Source: Octopus vulgaris (Eukaryota). From it: a stretch of DNA of 64,000 nucleotides. A program made the translations under genes and the position numbers. Where the stretch lies: contig OX597817.1 of NCBI GenBank assembly GCA_951406725.2, forward strand, positions 148,552,001-148,616,000, read 5' to 3'. A model generated the notes under the pieces. That model was not told where the DNA came from. It did not search any database and saw only the letters and a list, made by a program, of their open reading frames with translations. Positions 13,097 to 25,000 of the stretch are shown here, piece after piece (the stretch's first letter is position 1; each line of letters opens with the position of its first letter).

Positions 13097-13300
13097 TTTA
13101 TTTGTTTCAGTCATTTGAATGCGGTCAAGCTGGAGCACCGCCTTTAGTCGAAGAAATCGACCCCTGGACTTACTTTTTGTAGGCCTAATACTTATTTTAT
13201 CTGTCCCTTTTACTGAACCAGAAATTTACGAGGGACATAAACACACCAACATCGGTTATCAAGCAATGGTGGAGGGACAAACACAGACACACAAATATAT
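13097..13300 (-). mobile_element. SINE family C, 3' half
   Basis: gtttcagtcatttga..gctggagcaccgcctttagtcga.. is the reverse complement of 25560-25740. Confidence 0.85.
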
Positions 13301-13464
13301 GCATACATACATACATACATAAATATATATATATAAATATATATATCTGTGTTTGTGTGTGTGTGTGTGTGTATAACTTCTTTCCTGAGCGTCTCGTAAC
13401 ACTATACTTGTTCCACGTCCTCGCGTTATTGTGTTTTCTCTTTGTGTTTTCATATTTGGATTAA

Positions 13465-13501
<37 letters not shown>

Positions 13502-13537
13502 TGTATGAATATATATATATATATATATATGTATGTA

Positions 13538-13768
13538 TACATCGGACAAACGGGACGCCGCCTGGCTGACCTGTTCGCAGAACACCTCCGTGACATCCGC
13601 CTTGCCAACGTCACACCGGTCTCACGCCATTTCTGCTCCACCGGTCACTCCTTGCAACACCTGTCTGTGTTCGGTTTGTCCTTGCACAGAGGCCATCCAG
13701 ATTCCCGTTTACGCCGTGAACAAGGATTAATCTTCTCTCTTCGCTCTTTTACGCCATTTGGTCTCAAC
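13538..13768 (+). pseudogene. C-terminal half of the GIY-YIG endonuclease of a Penelope-like retroelement (5'-truncated)
   Basis: Inside ORF 13442..14314: YIGQTGRRLADLFAEHLRDI...PVSRHF...GHS...REQGLIFSLRSFTPFGLN fits the PLE GIY-YIG pattern YIG.T.R.L..R..EH...V..HF....H...E...I..L....P.GLN. Confidence 0.85.
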
Positions 13769-14552
13769 TCTCCCCCCTCATCATCTAACCTCCCCCTGAC
13801 TGCTACTTCTCTTCAGTCCTTCATCTTTTCACCCCTACTCTCTTTCCCTCCTCTTCCCTTCTTTCCTCTTTCTTCTTCCTTCTTCCCCTTCTCTCTTTCT
13901 CTCTGCTCCCTCACTCCCTTCCCCCTTCTCTCCCCTTCCCCATATCCTCCCCCTCCTCCTCTCCCCTACTTTCCAACCCCCCTCCTCGTCTACTCTCCTC
14001 CCTTGTTCCCCCTCCTCCCTCCTCCCTCCTTTTCTCCTCTTTCCTCCCACCCTTCCCGCTCCTCTGCTTCCTTATTTCCCCCTCCCCCTCTTTCCTTCTC
14101 CCCCTCTTACCCCCTACTCCTCCCCTCTCCCCCTCATCTCCTCTCTCTACACTACACCATACGACATTACACATCACATCATACATACATACACACGTCC
14201 AGACCTCTCATACGCACATACATACTCTCTCATACACACACGCACCCTTATGTTGGGGCGAAGTCATTTGACCCTGTTATCTCCCCTACTTTCCCTCTTG
14301 CATTTCACGTCTGATCTCTGACTTCTGGCCGAAATCAGACCGCCATCTTGATTCGTTAGCTCCTGCACGCATTTTTTTTTCTCTCCTTGTTTCTCTCCGT
14401 GTTTCTTTTCTGTGTATCGTTCTGTTGAAGAGCGTAGGCTCGAAACGTAAAAGACTTGTTTTATTTCTATTCCTGAGCGCCATACTGCTACAATTGTTTG
14501 TTTGTACTCCACCTGCCTTCATCCTTTGTTTATTTTCATAAAGCTTCCCGTT
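13538..14552 (+). mobile_element. 3' end of a Penelope-like element: GIY-YIG remnant, pyrimidine tract, terminal repeat with hammerhead-like motif
   Basis: Bounded by TA-rich microsatellite on both sides; 14375-14552 recurs at 24815-24978, 54600-54735 (-) and 4850-4910; motif CTGTTGA-A-GAGC-GTAG-GCTC-GAAA-CG-TA at 14422-14449. Confidence 0.75.
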
Positions 14553-14913
14553 ATATATATATATGTATATGTATGTATATCGTAAAATCACAACAGATCA
14601 GATCCGTTATGGTATAGGAACGTAAACACACCAGCATCGTTGTTCAAGCTATGGCAAGGGGACATAGACACACACAGATACATATATATAAACATATATA
14701 TGTATTCATATATATATATGCACGCACACACAGTCACACACACAAACACGCACACAAACACACACACAGAAATATATATCTTATGTGTGCGTATGGTTAC
14801 ATAAGCATATATATATATATATATATATACATATACACATGCATACATATATACGTACATATATATATATGTACATGTATATATGTGTATATATATATGT
14901 ATATATATATGTG

Positions 14914-14945
<32 letters not shown>

Positions 14946-14950
14946 TATAT

Positions 14951-15536
14951 TCCTGGTTTACGGAATTAATTTTTATTTGCGGTTGAAGCTTTGGCTGTTA
15001 TTTCTAGTGGGTGAATGGCCTATTATGGCCGTTCCTTGATTGTTGATGTTGAACTTAAAAATGGTCTATGACTATTTAATTTTTTCCCACTAGGCCGCTG
15101 GTGGCAAAAAAATTCTACAAAATTTTTTTTGCCACCCTATATTGATTAATTATGAATTTTCTGGTTAATTCCGTAATGGAATCGACGGCTTATATTTATT
15201 TGCTGCCGATAAATTTGGCGCGAGTGCGACGATTTGAAAATTTTAGGTCAGATATAACCTTGGCAAGGTCGGAAATGCCTCGTGAAAATATCTGTTCCGA
15301 CTTGGGCTATTTCTTACTGAAGAATCTGAGGGCCTATGGAAGATTGGCTTGATTTAATTTAATCAGGTTAGTTTACCATTAATCAGCAGATGAAACGGTG
15401 CATCGTATAAGAAATTACAGGGTAAATGTTTTTTTTAATTTTCTCCTGGTTTACGGAATTAATTTTTATTTGCGGTTGAAGCTTTGGCTGTTATTTCTAG
15501 TGGGTGAATGGCCTATTATGGCCGTTCCTTGATTGT

Positions 15537-15540
<4 letters not shown>
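14951..15540 (+). mobile_element. 493-bp unit with 97-bp perfect terminal redundancy and intact hammerhead (retrozyme-like / PLE pseudo-LTR)
   Basis: 14951-15047 is identical to 15444-15540; flanked by (TA)n on both sides; no credible ORF; many internal stems. Confidence 0.75.
15309..15415 (+). ncRNA. Type I hammerhead ribozyme with intact catalytic core
   Basis: Stem I atttctta(15309-16)/taagaaat(15408-15); CTGAAGA 15317-23; stem II ATCTG/CAGAT (15324-28/15387-91) with a structured 58-nt insert; GAAA 15392-95; stem III CGGTGCATCG; GUA cleavage triplet ending at 15407. Confidence 0.8.
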
Positions 15541-15590
<50 letters not shown>

Positions 15591-16167
15591 CTGTATACAG
15601 ACACACACACGCACACTCACATATATATTTATATACTCTACAATGTGGAAACAAAAGACACACTGAATCTAGATCGTATGAAAACCTTGTACAGAGTAAT
15701 AATAGAAACCAAAGAAAAAATCTCCATAAGTATCTGTTGGCCTTGGAAGAAGAAGGCCATTATTGCAAGTGTGATTGTTATGCTAAGGATTATACTAAGA
15801 ATCACATTATATGTCTAAGCAGTGAATCACAAAATACTTTACATTGAAGGATTATATGTAAGCGAAAACTAGAATCGAAGTACAATTTGTTGAAGTCGAG
15901 AAAATGATGGAAAGCGCGAACAATACCTAAGTGTATACCGACACATATGCACAAGCTAGCACACAGACAGACAAAGACACACACATGCATGTGTGTGTGT
16001 ATGAGTGTTCTTTTGTCTTTACTTATTTCAGTTATAAGTCTACGGCTATGGTGGGAGACCACCTTGCATGATTTATAGTCGAATGAATCGACCCCGGCAT
16101 TATATATTTATCTATATTTTCTTTCTTTAGTACTTGTACTTATTCTTTTCTGCTCTCGACACAAAGC

Positions 16168-16385
16168 CCGAAATTTTTGTGGGAGGGATACAGTCGATTA
16201 GATCGAATCCAGTGCGCAACTGGTACTTAATTTATCGCCCCCGAAAGGATGAAAGACAAACTCGACCACGGCGGAATTTCAACTCAAAACGTAAAGACGG
16301 GCGAAATACCTATTTCTTTACTACCCACAAGTGGTTAAACACAGAGAGGACAAACAAGGACAGACAAACGGATTAAGTCGATTAT
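16168..16385 (-). mobile_element. SINE family B fragment spanning the dimer junction
   Basis: ..cgcaactggtacttaatttatcg..ggcgaaatacctatttctttactacccacaag.. has the same junction as 35206-35620. Confidence 0.8.
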
Positions 16386-16970
16386 AAAAGTTTTTGCCAG
16401 TCATTATAGTTTGAACATTTAGTTTAACTTGCACTTTACTTCAATAGAGAAATCTAATTCTAAGCCTTTGAACATTTTTTCAACCAACCCATCCATCTTT
16501 ATTTGATCTCTACTTATTATTTCTTTAACCCTTCTCTTTCTAGTATCTGCTTTTGACGTCGAATCTACTAACGGTTTTTTTTAAATACTTAATAACGTTC
16601 TTTTTATCATTTAGGCAGTCATCGTAATTGTTATAATGTCTTGTTGTTGAGATAGGCTCTCTTTCTTTCCTGATGAGAAGATTGCATTTTACACCGTTTA
16701 TTCCTTTGAAATAAAACCAATGTTGTCTTCGAAACATATGTCGAAAGTAAACGAATTTTAATAACATGTGCGTTCAACTCCATTTACTTACTTATACTAC
16801 ACAAATTACTGCACATTAACTCGGAGCTTCTACCTTTGAATAAGTCGCTTCATCCGTGTTACTTGCGTGAATTTTGCTACCCTGGTAACTGTTTATTGAA
16901 TTTTCCATATCAACGGTAAACAAAGGATAATTCATTCATCCATTTATATATATATATATATATATATATA

Positions 16971-18256
16971 CAAGGTTTTCAAAGAGTCTCTCTGCAGTGA
17001 ACATTTTTATCCTGCGCATGCGTAATTTGGCTATCACTGCGTGGGCGTCCGGGTGTCAGCCATTGTCCCCAGTCAATGAGTACCCTTCAGCGTGTCGACA
17101 TGCTAACCATTGAAGGACGTACATCTTTAGTTGAATGGCTGTTTCGAGCTGGAAACAAATATAGAGATACTGTGAAACAGAAGTTCAGGGACATTTTCCC
17201 TATACCTTTCTTCGTCATCGTGACACTGTGCAGGATTTGATAAGAAAATTTAGAAACACAGGATGAGTGGAAGACGCAGTAAGAAGCGATAGGCCTACTG
17301 TTCTTTCAGACGAAATACTCTCCAGTATTCCTAATAAACTGTTGGCAAGCCCAAGAAATCCCTTGCGAAAATTGTCACAGGAAGCGGAAATCAGCTTCAG
17401 AAGTGCTTACACGGCAGTAAAAGATAAATTCAATTTCTTCCCATACGAAGTGCTGGCCATTCAAGGATTTAAGACTACGGATCATGCTAAAAGTCTACAT
17501 TATTGTGATTGGTTCCAAAACTTTGTTGCTGAAAAGAGAATAGAAGTGCTGGATGGTGCTTTTACACCGGTGAGGCTGGGTTTCATCTGTCGGGAGACAT
17601 AAATTCGCAAAACACAAGGTTATGGAGCAATGAGAATCCACACGCGACGCATGAGCAACCTCTGCATCCCGAAAACGTTGAAGTATCGATAGTAATTTCG
17701 AGAAAGTGTATTATGGAACCAATATTTTTTTAAGACACCATCAACACCGAGAGGTATAGGTCAAATATTGTCTATCTGTTTGTAGGTCAACTCACTGAAA
17801 GTGAAATGAATAATGAATACTTTCAGCAAGATGGAGTTACAGCACATAATTCGCGCATCACCATGGCGCTACATCAAGAGTTTTTCGGTGAACGGATTAT
17901 TTCGAAGGGACTTTGACCACCAAGATCGCCTGATTTAAAACCGCCAGGCATTTATTTCTGTGGAGCAAATAAAGAATCAGTGTACAAGAATCGCCCGAAA
18001 ACCGTTAATGAGTTAAAGACGCAATCATAACCGTCACACGGTTCATACCGCCTCAGACTCTCCAAGATGTATTTCAAAACATGTATAGAAGAGTCAACTT
18101 ATTGTATTGAAAATGAAAACGATACTTTCAACACCCCTTATAAAGTTTTTTAAAGTCTTGTAAAGTATAATATATTTTTTTTGTAGTTTTATACAATCTT
18201 ATAAATATTTATGTTGCAATAAAAACTTACTGCCGAGAGACTTTTTGAACACCCTG
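16971..18256 (+). mobile_element. Tc1/mariner DNA transposon, full length, inactive
   Basis: TA-flanked imperfect TIRs: left caaggttttcaaagagtctctctgcagt, right (rc) cagggtgttcaaaaagtctctcggcagt; about 1.29 kb. Confidence 0.9.
17100..18143 (+). pseudogene. Mariner-family (rosa/DD41D-like) transposase pseudogene
   Basis: ATG at 17100; motifs EAG(W)FHLSGDINSQNTRLWS, FQQDGVTAH, *PPRSPDLKPP, VYKNRPKTVNELK, FQHPL-stop; several frameshifts and stops. Confidence 0.88.
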
Positions 18257-18284
18257 TATGGTGGAGGTAAGTGAGTGTGAATAT

Positions 18285-18465
18285 GTTTGTGTCCGTGTCT
18301 GTACCCCCACCATCGCTTGAAAACCGATTTTGGTCTGTTTACTTAACTTGGCGGTTCGGCAAAAGAACCCGATAGAGTAAGTACTAGGTTTATGAAAAGA
18401 CGTCCTGGGGTCGATTTGTTGAAATAAAGGTGGTCTCCAGTGATTGAAATAAATAAAAGAATGAA
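18285..18465 (+). mobile_element. SINE family C, 3' half
   Basis: catcgcttga..aacttggcggttcggcaaaag..taagtactagg..ggggtcgatttg matches 25560-25740. Confidence 0.8.
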
Positions 18466-18617
18466 AGCATCTATATGAGTAATTAATTAAAGTATAAATC
18501 TTGGGCTTACACCTATTAGTATGCTTATTAAAGCACATTTACTGCCTATGGTTACCTGATACATTGGAGTTGTTACACACAGCGACAGCCACACGTATAT
18601 ATGTATATGTATATGTA

Positions 18618-18724
<107 letters not shown>

Positions 18725-18762
18725 ATATATGTATATATGTATATATATATGTATATATATAG

Positions 18763-18794
<32 letters not shown>

Positions 18795-18824
18795 TTATAT
18801 ATATATATGCATTTAAAAAATGTA

Positions 18825-19025
18825 ACTACATGTGGACCGTTGGCGATTTTCCTGTGTTTCCTATTTTCGAAGAAGAGCTATGTGCTCGAAACGTAAAACA
18901 ACTAATCTTTTCCTTCTGTGACCGTCCTGTTAATACTTTGCATGTGCTACGTCCTCAGATTGTTGCTTTTTTCTTGTCTTTATTTCCTGATCGTCTTTTT
19001 ACTCCGTTGTTTGAATTAATTAATT
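18825..19025 (+). mobile_element. Family P3 fragment with minimal hammerhead-like motif
   Basis: ttt-TCGAAGA-A-GAGC-TATGT-GCTC-GAAA-CG-TA-aaac at 18864-18899; homologous to 9278-9455 (inverted). Confidence 0.55.
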
Positions 19026-19056
19026 AGTTATACATACATTCATACATACATAGAGA

Positions 19057-19110
<54 letters not shown>

Positions 19111-19926
19111 CGCCACTTGACAGTAAATGTTGGTTTATTTACACAAGCACAACTAAGTACTAAGTCCTTTGAATACTTTTGATGGCTGTCCCAGCTTCAC
19201 CGCAGTCCAGTGATTGAAGCAAGTAAGATAGCACGATTGAACAAACATATAACGGTTCCCGATTCCGGTAAAACCACAAAGGCGTGTTCCATTGTAGGTT
19301 AAGCAACAGCCAGTTCAATTAAAACAATTTAATTGAACTAACCTAATTTAATTTCCAGAAACTAGAAATATTCAATTTTATTATCAATTTTGTATTTCAC
19401 CGTTCATGTTCTTACCTTTCTTCACAAGAATTCTCATCAATTGATTTTTCAATTCATTACGGTTGTGATTTCTATTGATTAGTTCTATTTTACGGTTCAT
19501 TCCACAATATGTATGTTAGCCTGTACTTAACTCTACATCTGTCATGCAGAAAATAACAATGGGAAATGTTCGAACGTCATTAAATTAAATTGCTGATTGT
19601 TCCTAATGAATGAATATCTCGCATGCAAATAGCATTATGTTGTCAGATAAATTCTTTCGATTTTTCTCTATTTATTGAAATCCCTTTCAATATTATTTGA
19701 ATTAGTGTGAAAAATATCGTAGTGTTGTATGGATATTTTTTCTTCCTCTATTCTTAATAATTTTGTTTGTCAATTTGGCTATTTAAATAAGTTGTACCTC
19801 TTTTCAAACTTGCAGCTGTGAAGTACCATATGAAAAAAAATTAAAAAACGACCAGCTTTATCTGGGAGCTTCCTATATCCTCCAGTCGTTGTCAAATATT
19901 GCCTAATCAATGAATATTCTTTATTA

Positions 19927-20130
19927 TTTTATTCTTTTATTCGTTTTACTCATTTGAATGCGGCCACGCTGGATCACCGGCTTTAGTCGAACAAATCGAC
20001 CCCGGGACTTATTCTTTGTAAGCCTAGTACTTATTCTATCGGTCTCTTTTGACGAACCGCTAAGTTACGGGGACGTAAACACACCAGCGTCGGTTGTCAA
20101 GCGATGTTGTGGTGACAAACACAGACACAA

Positions 20131-20204
<74 letters not shown>

Positions 20205-20369
20205 ACGACGGGCTTCTTCCAGTTTCCGTCTACCAAATCCACTCACAAGGCTTTGGTCGGCCCGAGGCTATAGCAGAAGACACATGCTCAAGGTGCCACG
20301 CAGTGGGACTGAACCCGAAACCATGTGGTTGGTAAGCAAGCTACTTACCACACAGCCATTCCTACGCCT
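19927..20369 (-). mobile_element. SINE family C, full length (CORE-like, internal microsatellite)
   Basis: Reverse complement of 25329-25760; tRNA-like head, CORE-like caccttgagcatgtgtctt (caccttgggcaagtgtctt at 47658-47676), internal (TA)n(TG)n. Confidence 0.9.
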
Positions 20370-20834
20370 ATAGCCACTCCTACGCTAATTGTTGGCAGAA
20401 AATAAATAATCTCGTAAATTGTTCTAATTTCTGGAAGGTATGTGTAAGACTATGCTTCACCGAAGAGGACTAATCATTCCGAAACATGTAGCAATTTTTG
20501 AACACCATTACTAAAGAACAAACCCACTTCTCACTTAGCATTTATGGTCTTCATTCAGAACAAACTCTGAGAAACCTTTCAAGTATCATCCTTTCTTTCT
20601 AATGATTCGACTATATTAGATGAGGCGGTTGTAGTCACACATATGTTTTTCACATATAAATGCAACCTCATTAAGTCGAAGGTTAATTCAGTATAGCTTG
20701 GTGAGGCACTAAATATGATACCAGAAAGGAGTCAAAAATGCACGTGATATGGTAACACGAAAATCAAGGAAAGGGGTTCGATTCTCACTTTCTGCGTTAT
20801 TTTCTTTCTCTTTTTCATATGTGCAGCTTATTTG

Positions 20835-21000
<166 letters not shown>

Positions 21001-21001
21001 A

Positions 21002-21420
21002 GGCGGCGAGCTAACAGAAACGTTAGCACGCTGGACGAAAGCCTTAGCGGTATTTCGCCTTCCGCTACGTTTTGAGTTCAAATTCCACTGAGGTCGACTT
21101 TACCTTTTATCCTTTCGGGGTCGATAAATTGCGTAAAAATGAAACAGTAGGGTCGATGAAATCGACTATTCCCGCACCACCAAATTTCAGGCCTTTTGTC
21201 TATAGTAGAAAGATGAAAGACGGGAAGCTGGGAGAATCGTTAGAACACCGAGAGAAATGCTTAACGGTATTTTGTCCATGTATACGTTCGGAGTTCTAAA
21301 TTCTGCCGAGGTCCACTTTTTGCCACTTATCCTTTCAGGCTCGTTAAAAGAAGTACTAGTCGAGTACTGGGGTCGATGTAATCGACTGTCCCCTTTCCCC
21401 AAATTTCAGGCCTTGTGCCT
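21002..21420 (+). mobile_element. Two tandem SINE family B copies
   Basis: ggcggcgagctaacagaaacgttagcacg.. directly after (TTA)n; second copy from about 21218. Confidence 0.8.
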
Positions 21421-21575
21421 ATTATTCATAATTGTCTATGCACAGCTTCTAACACTGGAGATGTACTACGGTGTGAGCTGTTCACTACCAGTGAACTAGG
21501 TAACTCTTCTTATTTTTCGAGCTCCATGCGGAGCGGTTCCAAGCAGCACTGTTTTCTGCAAATGCTCCACCCCAA
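21421..21575 (-). mobile_element. 3'-terminal fragment of an R4/Dong-like (RLE) LINE
   Basis: Minus strand encodes VEHLQKTVLLGTA, the typical C-terminus of these ORFs, followed by a short 3' UTR; abuts (TAA)n. Confidence 0.6.
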
Positions 21576-21640
<65 letters not shown>

Positions 21641-21657
21641 CATCATCATCATCATCA

Positions 21658-21724
<67 letters not shown>

Positions 21725-22004
21725 CATTATTATTATTATTATTATTATTGTGATACAGAAAGGGGGTAAGAGAGAGAAAAAGGAAAAGATAAAATTTAAA
21801 AGTCAAAAAAAATAAAGGGAGTGAGAAAAGGAAAGAAAATTTACAGCTACAATGCTCTTTTTAATACTAGTGACGTACCAGTTAAGACAAACTTTTTGAC
21901 TTCCTGCATGAATATTAAGCCAGGGATCATTCTTAAATAATTTTCGGTTCCTTTTTTTATCGTTCCAAGTGGTCCTACAATCACTGGTATTGTAACCGTC
22001 TTGA

Positions 22005-22745
22005 GACGTCACGTCTTTTCGATTTCGATTCGCAGACCTTTATAATTTCTGAGCCTATCATATTCTTTTGACGAGATATTATGGTCACAGGCTATGCTCA
22101 TGTCAATCAATAAACATACTTTATTGTTTTGGTCTTTCACAACTATATCTGGTTTATTTGCTTTGATGATCAGGTCTGTACATACTAGGAAGTCCCAAAG
22201 AATAGTTACATTTCCCCCCTCAGTTAGAGTCTCAGGGTGGTGCTTATACTATTTGTCAGCAGTTTTGATTTTATAATTCCGACACATTATCCAAAATAGA
22301 TATTGGCCAACTCTGTCATGGCTTGATTTGTACACTGCGTGTGCTAAAACCTAATAATCGGAGATTAGGTGGTCGACTGCTTCTATCCCATCGTTGTGGT
22401 ATCGATACTTAGGGTCTACTCCATTTTTCATTACATTGGCTTGATAGTTCCGGGTCAATAAGTTCTGATATTGGGCAGCCAAAGTAAAGTCTCCACTCTC
22501 TGCCTTTAGCTCTGAGCTCCGTTCCCACTGATAGATGTGCTTCTGGTCTACATCAGCTTGTTCGCTATGGACCACATATTTGCCATGCAGAGGCTTTTGT
22601 TCCCACAAATCGGTCAATTGTTGAAGAGTGTTTTCCTTTGCTATTGATTCAACCTTCTTTGCAAATACAGTTGCTGCACTTCCCTCATGTTGTTCAACCT
22701 GGGTATTATGCATACAATCACTTAAAAATTTTCGCTCTCCTTCAT
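22005..22745 (-). pseudogene. R4/Dong-like non-LTR retrotransposon fragment (zinc-knuckle and RLE region)
   Basis: ORF 22351..22713: WEQKPLHGKY..ELKAES..LAAQ.QNLLTRNY..DPK.R..E.VDHLIS; downstream frames give SRHD and ANKPDIVVKD..LLIDMSI. Confidence 0.8.
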
Positions 22746-22762
22746 AACAAAGTGAAGCCTCT

Positions 22763-22913
22763 TTCTTCTTCTTCTTCTTCTTCTTCTTCTTCTTCTTCTT
22801 CTTCTTCTTCTTCTAATTCTTCTACTCTCCTTCGTCTTCTTCTCGTCCTCGTCCTCCTCCTCCTTCTTCTTCTGCTTCGTCTTCTTTTTCTTCTTCTTTT
22901 TCTTCTTCTTCTT

Positions 22914-22990
<77 letters not shown>
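22763..22990. repeat. (CTT)n followed by (ATT)n microsatellite
   Basis: Direct reading. Confidence 0.95.
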
Positions 22991-22992
<2 letters not shown>

Positions 22993-23589
22993 GTTTTAAA
23001 ATACAAACAGTTATTTTGTCTTATGAAAAATGACAATTTTACATTAGGTACAAATATTAACTTATTTTTCCTTTAAATATATTTAACTGACAAATATGGA
23101 GAATATCTGACAAGCTTTCCTTTTTAAATATGTGACAGTTTTACTCATTCTTAAACATCCCTGACGGGAACTTTTTAAAATGCTCTATTCATTCAGCCAC
23201 ACACTCTACCCTATATAAATCATACATATTCGGTGAAATATCAGATTTTCAGATTTTAACAAGCCACCGCGAAGTCTGTACTACTTTTGTTTCTTCAAAG
23301 ATTATTTTAAAATGTGACAAAATCTATTAAAGTTGAGCATAATTTGAATGTCATTCACAACATTTAAAATGGTTTATAATATTTGGCATTCTATGGGAAC
23401 CATTGACAGCTGCATAAGCAGTTTATCAGACGACTCTACAAAGCATTATGCATATTGTGTGCAAAAAAAATATCCAGCACATCTATATAATATATACGGT
23501 AAGACACACACACACACACACACATATATATGCATACGCACGCACATGCGCGCACACACATATACATACACACATTTGTATATGTGTAA

Positions 23590-23647
<58 letters not shown>

Positions 23648-24740
23648 GCATACACACCCATATATATATATAAATATACATATATATATATATATACACA
23701 GATAGATAGATATATAGATAGATAGGTAAATAAATAGATAGATAGATATACAGATAGATAGATAGATAGGTAAATAAATAGATAGATAATTAGACAGAGA
23801 GACAGACAAACAGACAGATACATGGGTAGATAGAGAGATTGATAGATAGATATAGATTAATAGATAGAGATATACGGGCATATACATATGCATAAATGTG
23901 TGCATATACACACTTACATACATGTAGATATGCACAATTATAGACATGTACACAACACACACACCTACACACCCAGACACACATAACATATATACATACG
24001 CAAGACACACACACACATATATATATATATATTTATACTTATGCATATTTATGTATGTGTCTATATATACTACATTAAATATATTGCGTTTGGCATCAGC
24101 AATTTCCCATTTATGAACCAGTGAAGCGAACTGGTGGTTAAAGAGGGAAATTAAACGTCATAATTGCTAAAGCATGCAAGAGAGATATTAAGCATCATTC
24201 ATTTGTGTATTCATAAGGCAAGGCATTAGTTTAATTGACAGGGAATCCAACGTATTAAAGTAAAGGGAATATTACATTGAGACCAATAATCCTAAAGCAA
24301 ACTTCAAATCCTCCATGGAGAAGGTTGGAAGTAAACTGCAAGCAAAGTATTCATGTAGTTATATTCGTAAAGGTAATCATCGAACTATGATTAGGATTAT
24401 AATTATGTAGTTATGTACTCTTTTAATTGTTTATTATATGCATAAATGCATATATATATAGGAATACACATACATCTGTATGTATGTATGTATGTATGTA
24501 TGTATGTATGTATGTATGTATGTATGTATGTATGTATGTATGTATGTATGAATGTATGTATGTATGTGTATTAAACATATCCACACATATACTGGTCAGT
24601 TGCAGATTTCGTTAAAATCTAGGTACTGCAACATGTAGGAGACCAGAATAGACTGGTTCTGTGCTTAGAATACGCTAGAACAACATAAAGTTGTCGTTTG
24701 TTGACACTATGCTGTAAGTATGCATGTATACACTTACACA

Positions 24741-24798
<58 letters not shown>

Positions 24799-24799
24799 G

Positions 24800-24978
24800 A
24801 TGGTTAGCCACTATACACATTCTTTTCTCTCCTTGTTTTTTCTGTGTCCCTTTCTGTAGAAGAGCGTAGGCTCGATACGTAAAAGACTTTTTCTATTCCT
24901 GAGCGTTATACTAACACATCAGTTTGTTTTGTACACCACCTGTCTACGTCTTTTGTTTTTTCGTAAACTCTCCCTATA
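24800..24978 (+). mobile_element. Solo Penelope-like terminal repeat with degenerate hammerhead
   Basis: Matches 14375-14552; cttt-CTGTAGA-A-GAGC-GTAG-GCTC-GATA-CG-TA-aaag at 24850-24885; in (TA)n. Confidence 0.65.
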
Positions 24979-25000
24979 TGTATATATATATATATATATA

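Noticed and set aside
13770-14150. Pro/Ser/Leu-rich extension of ORF 13442..14314
   Set aside because: Translation of a C/T low-complexity tract within the Penelope-like 3' region.
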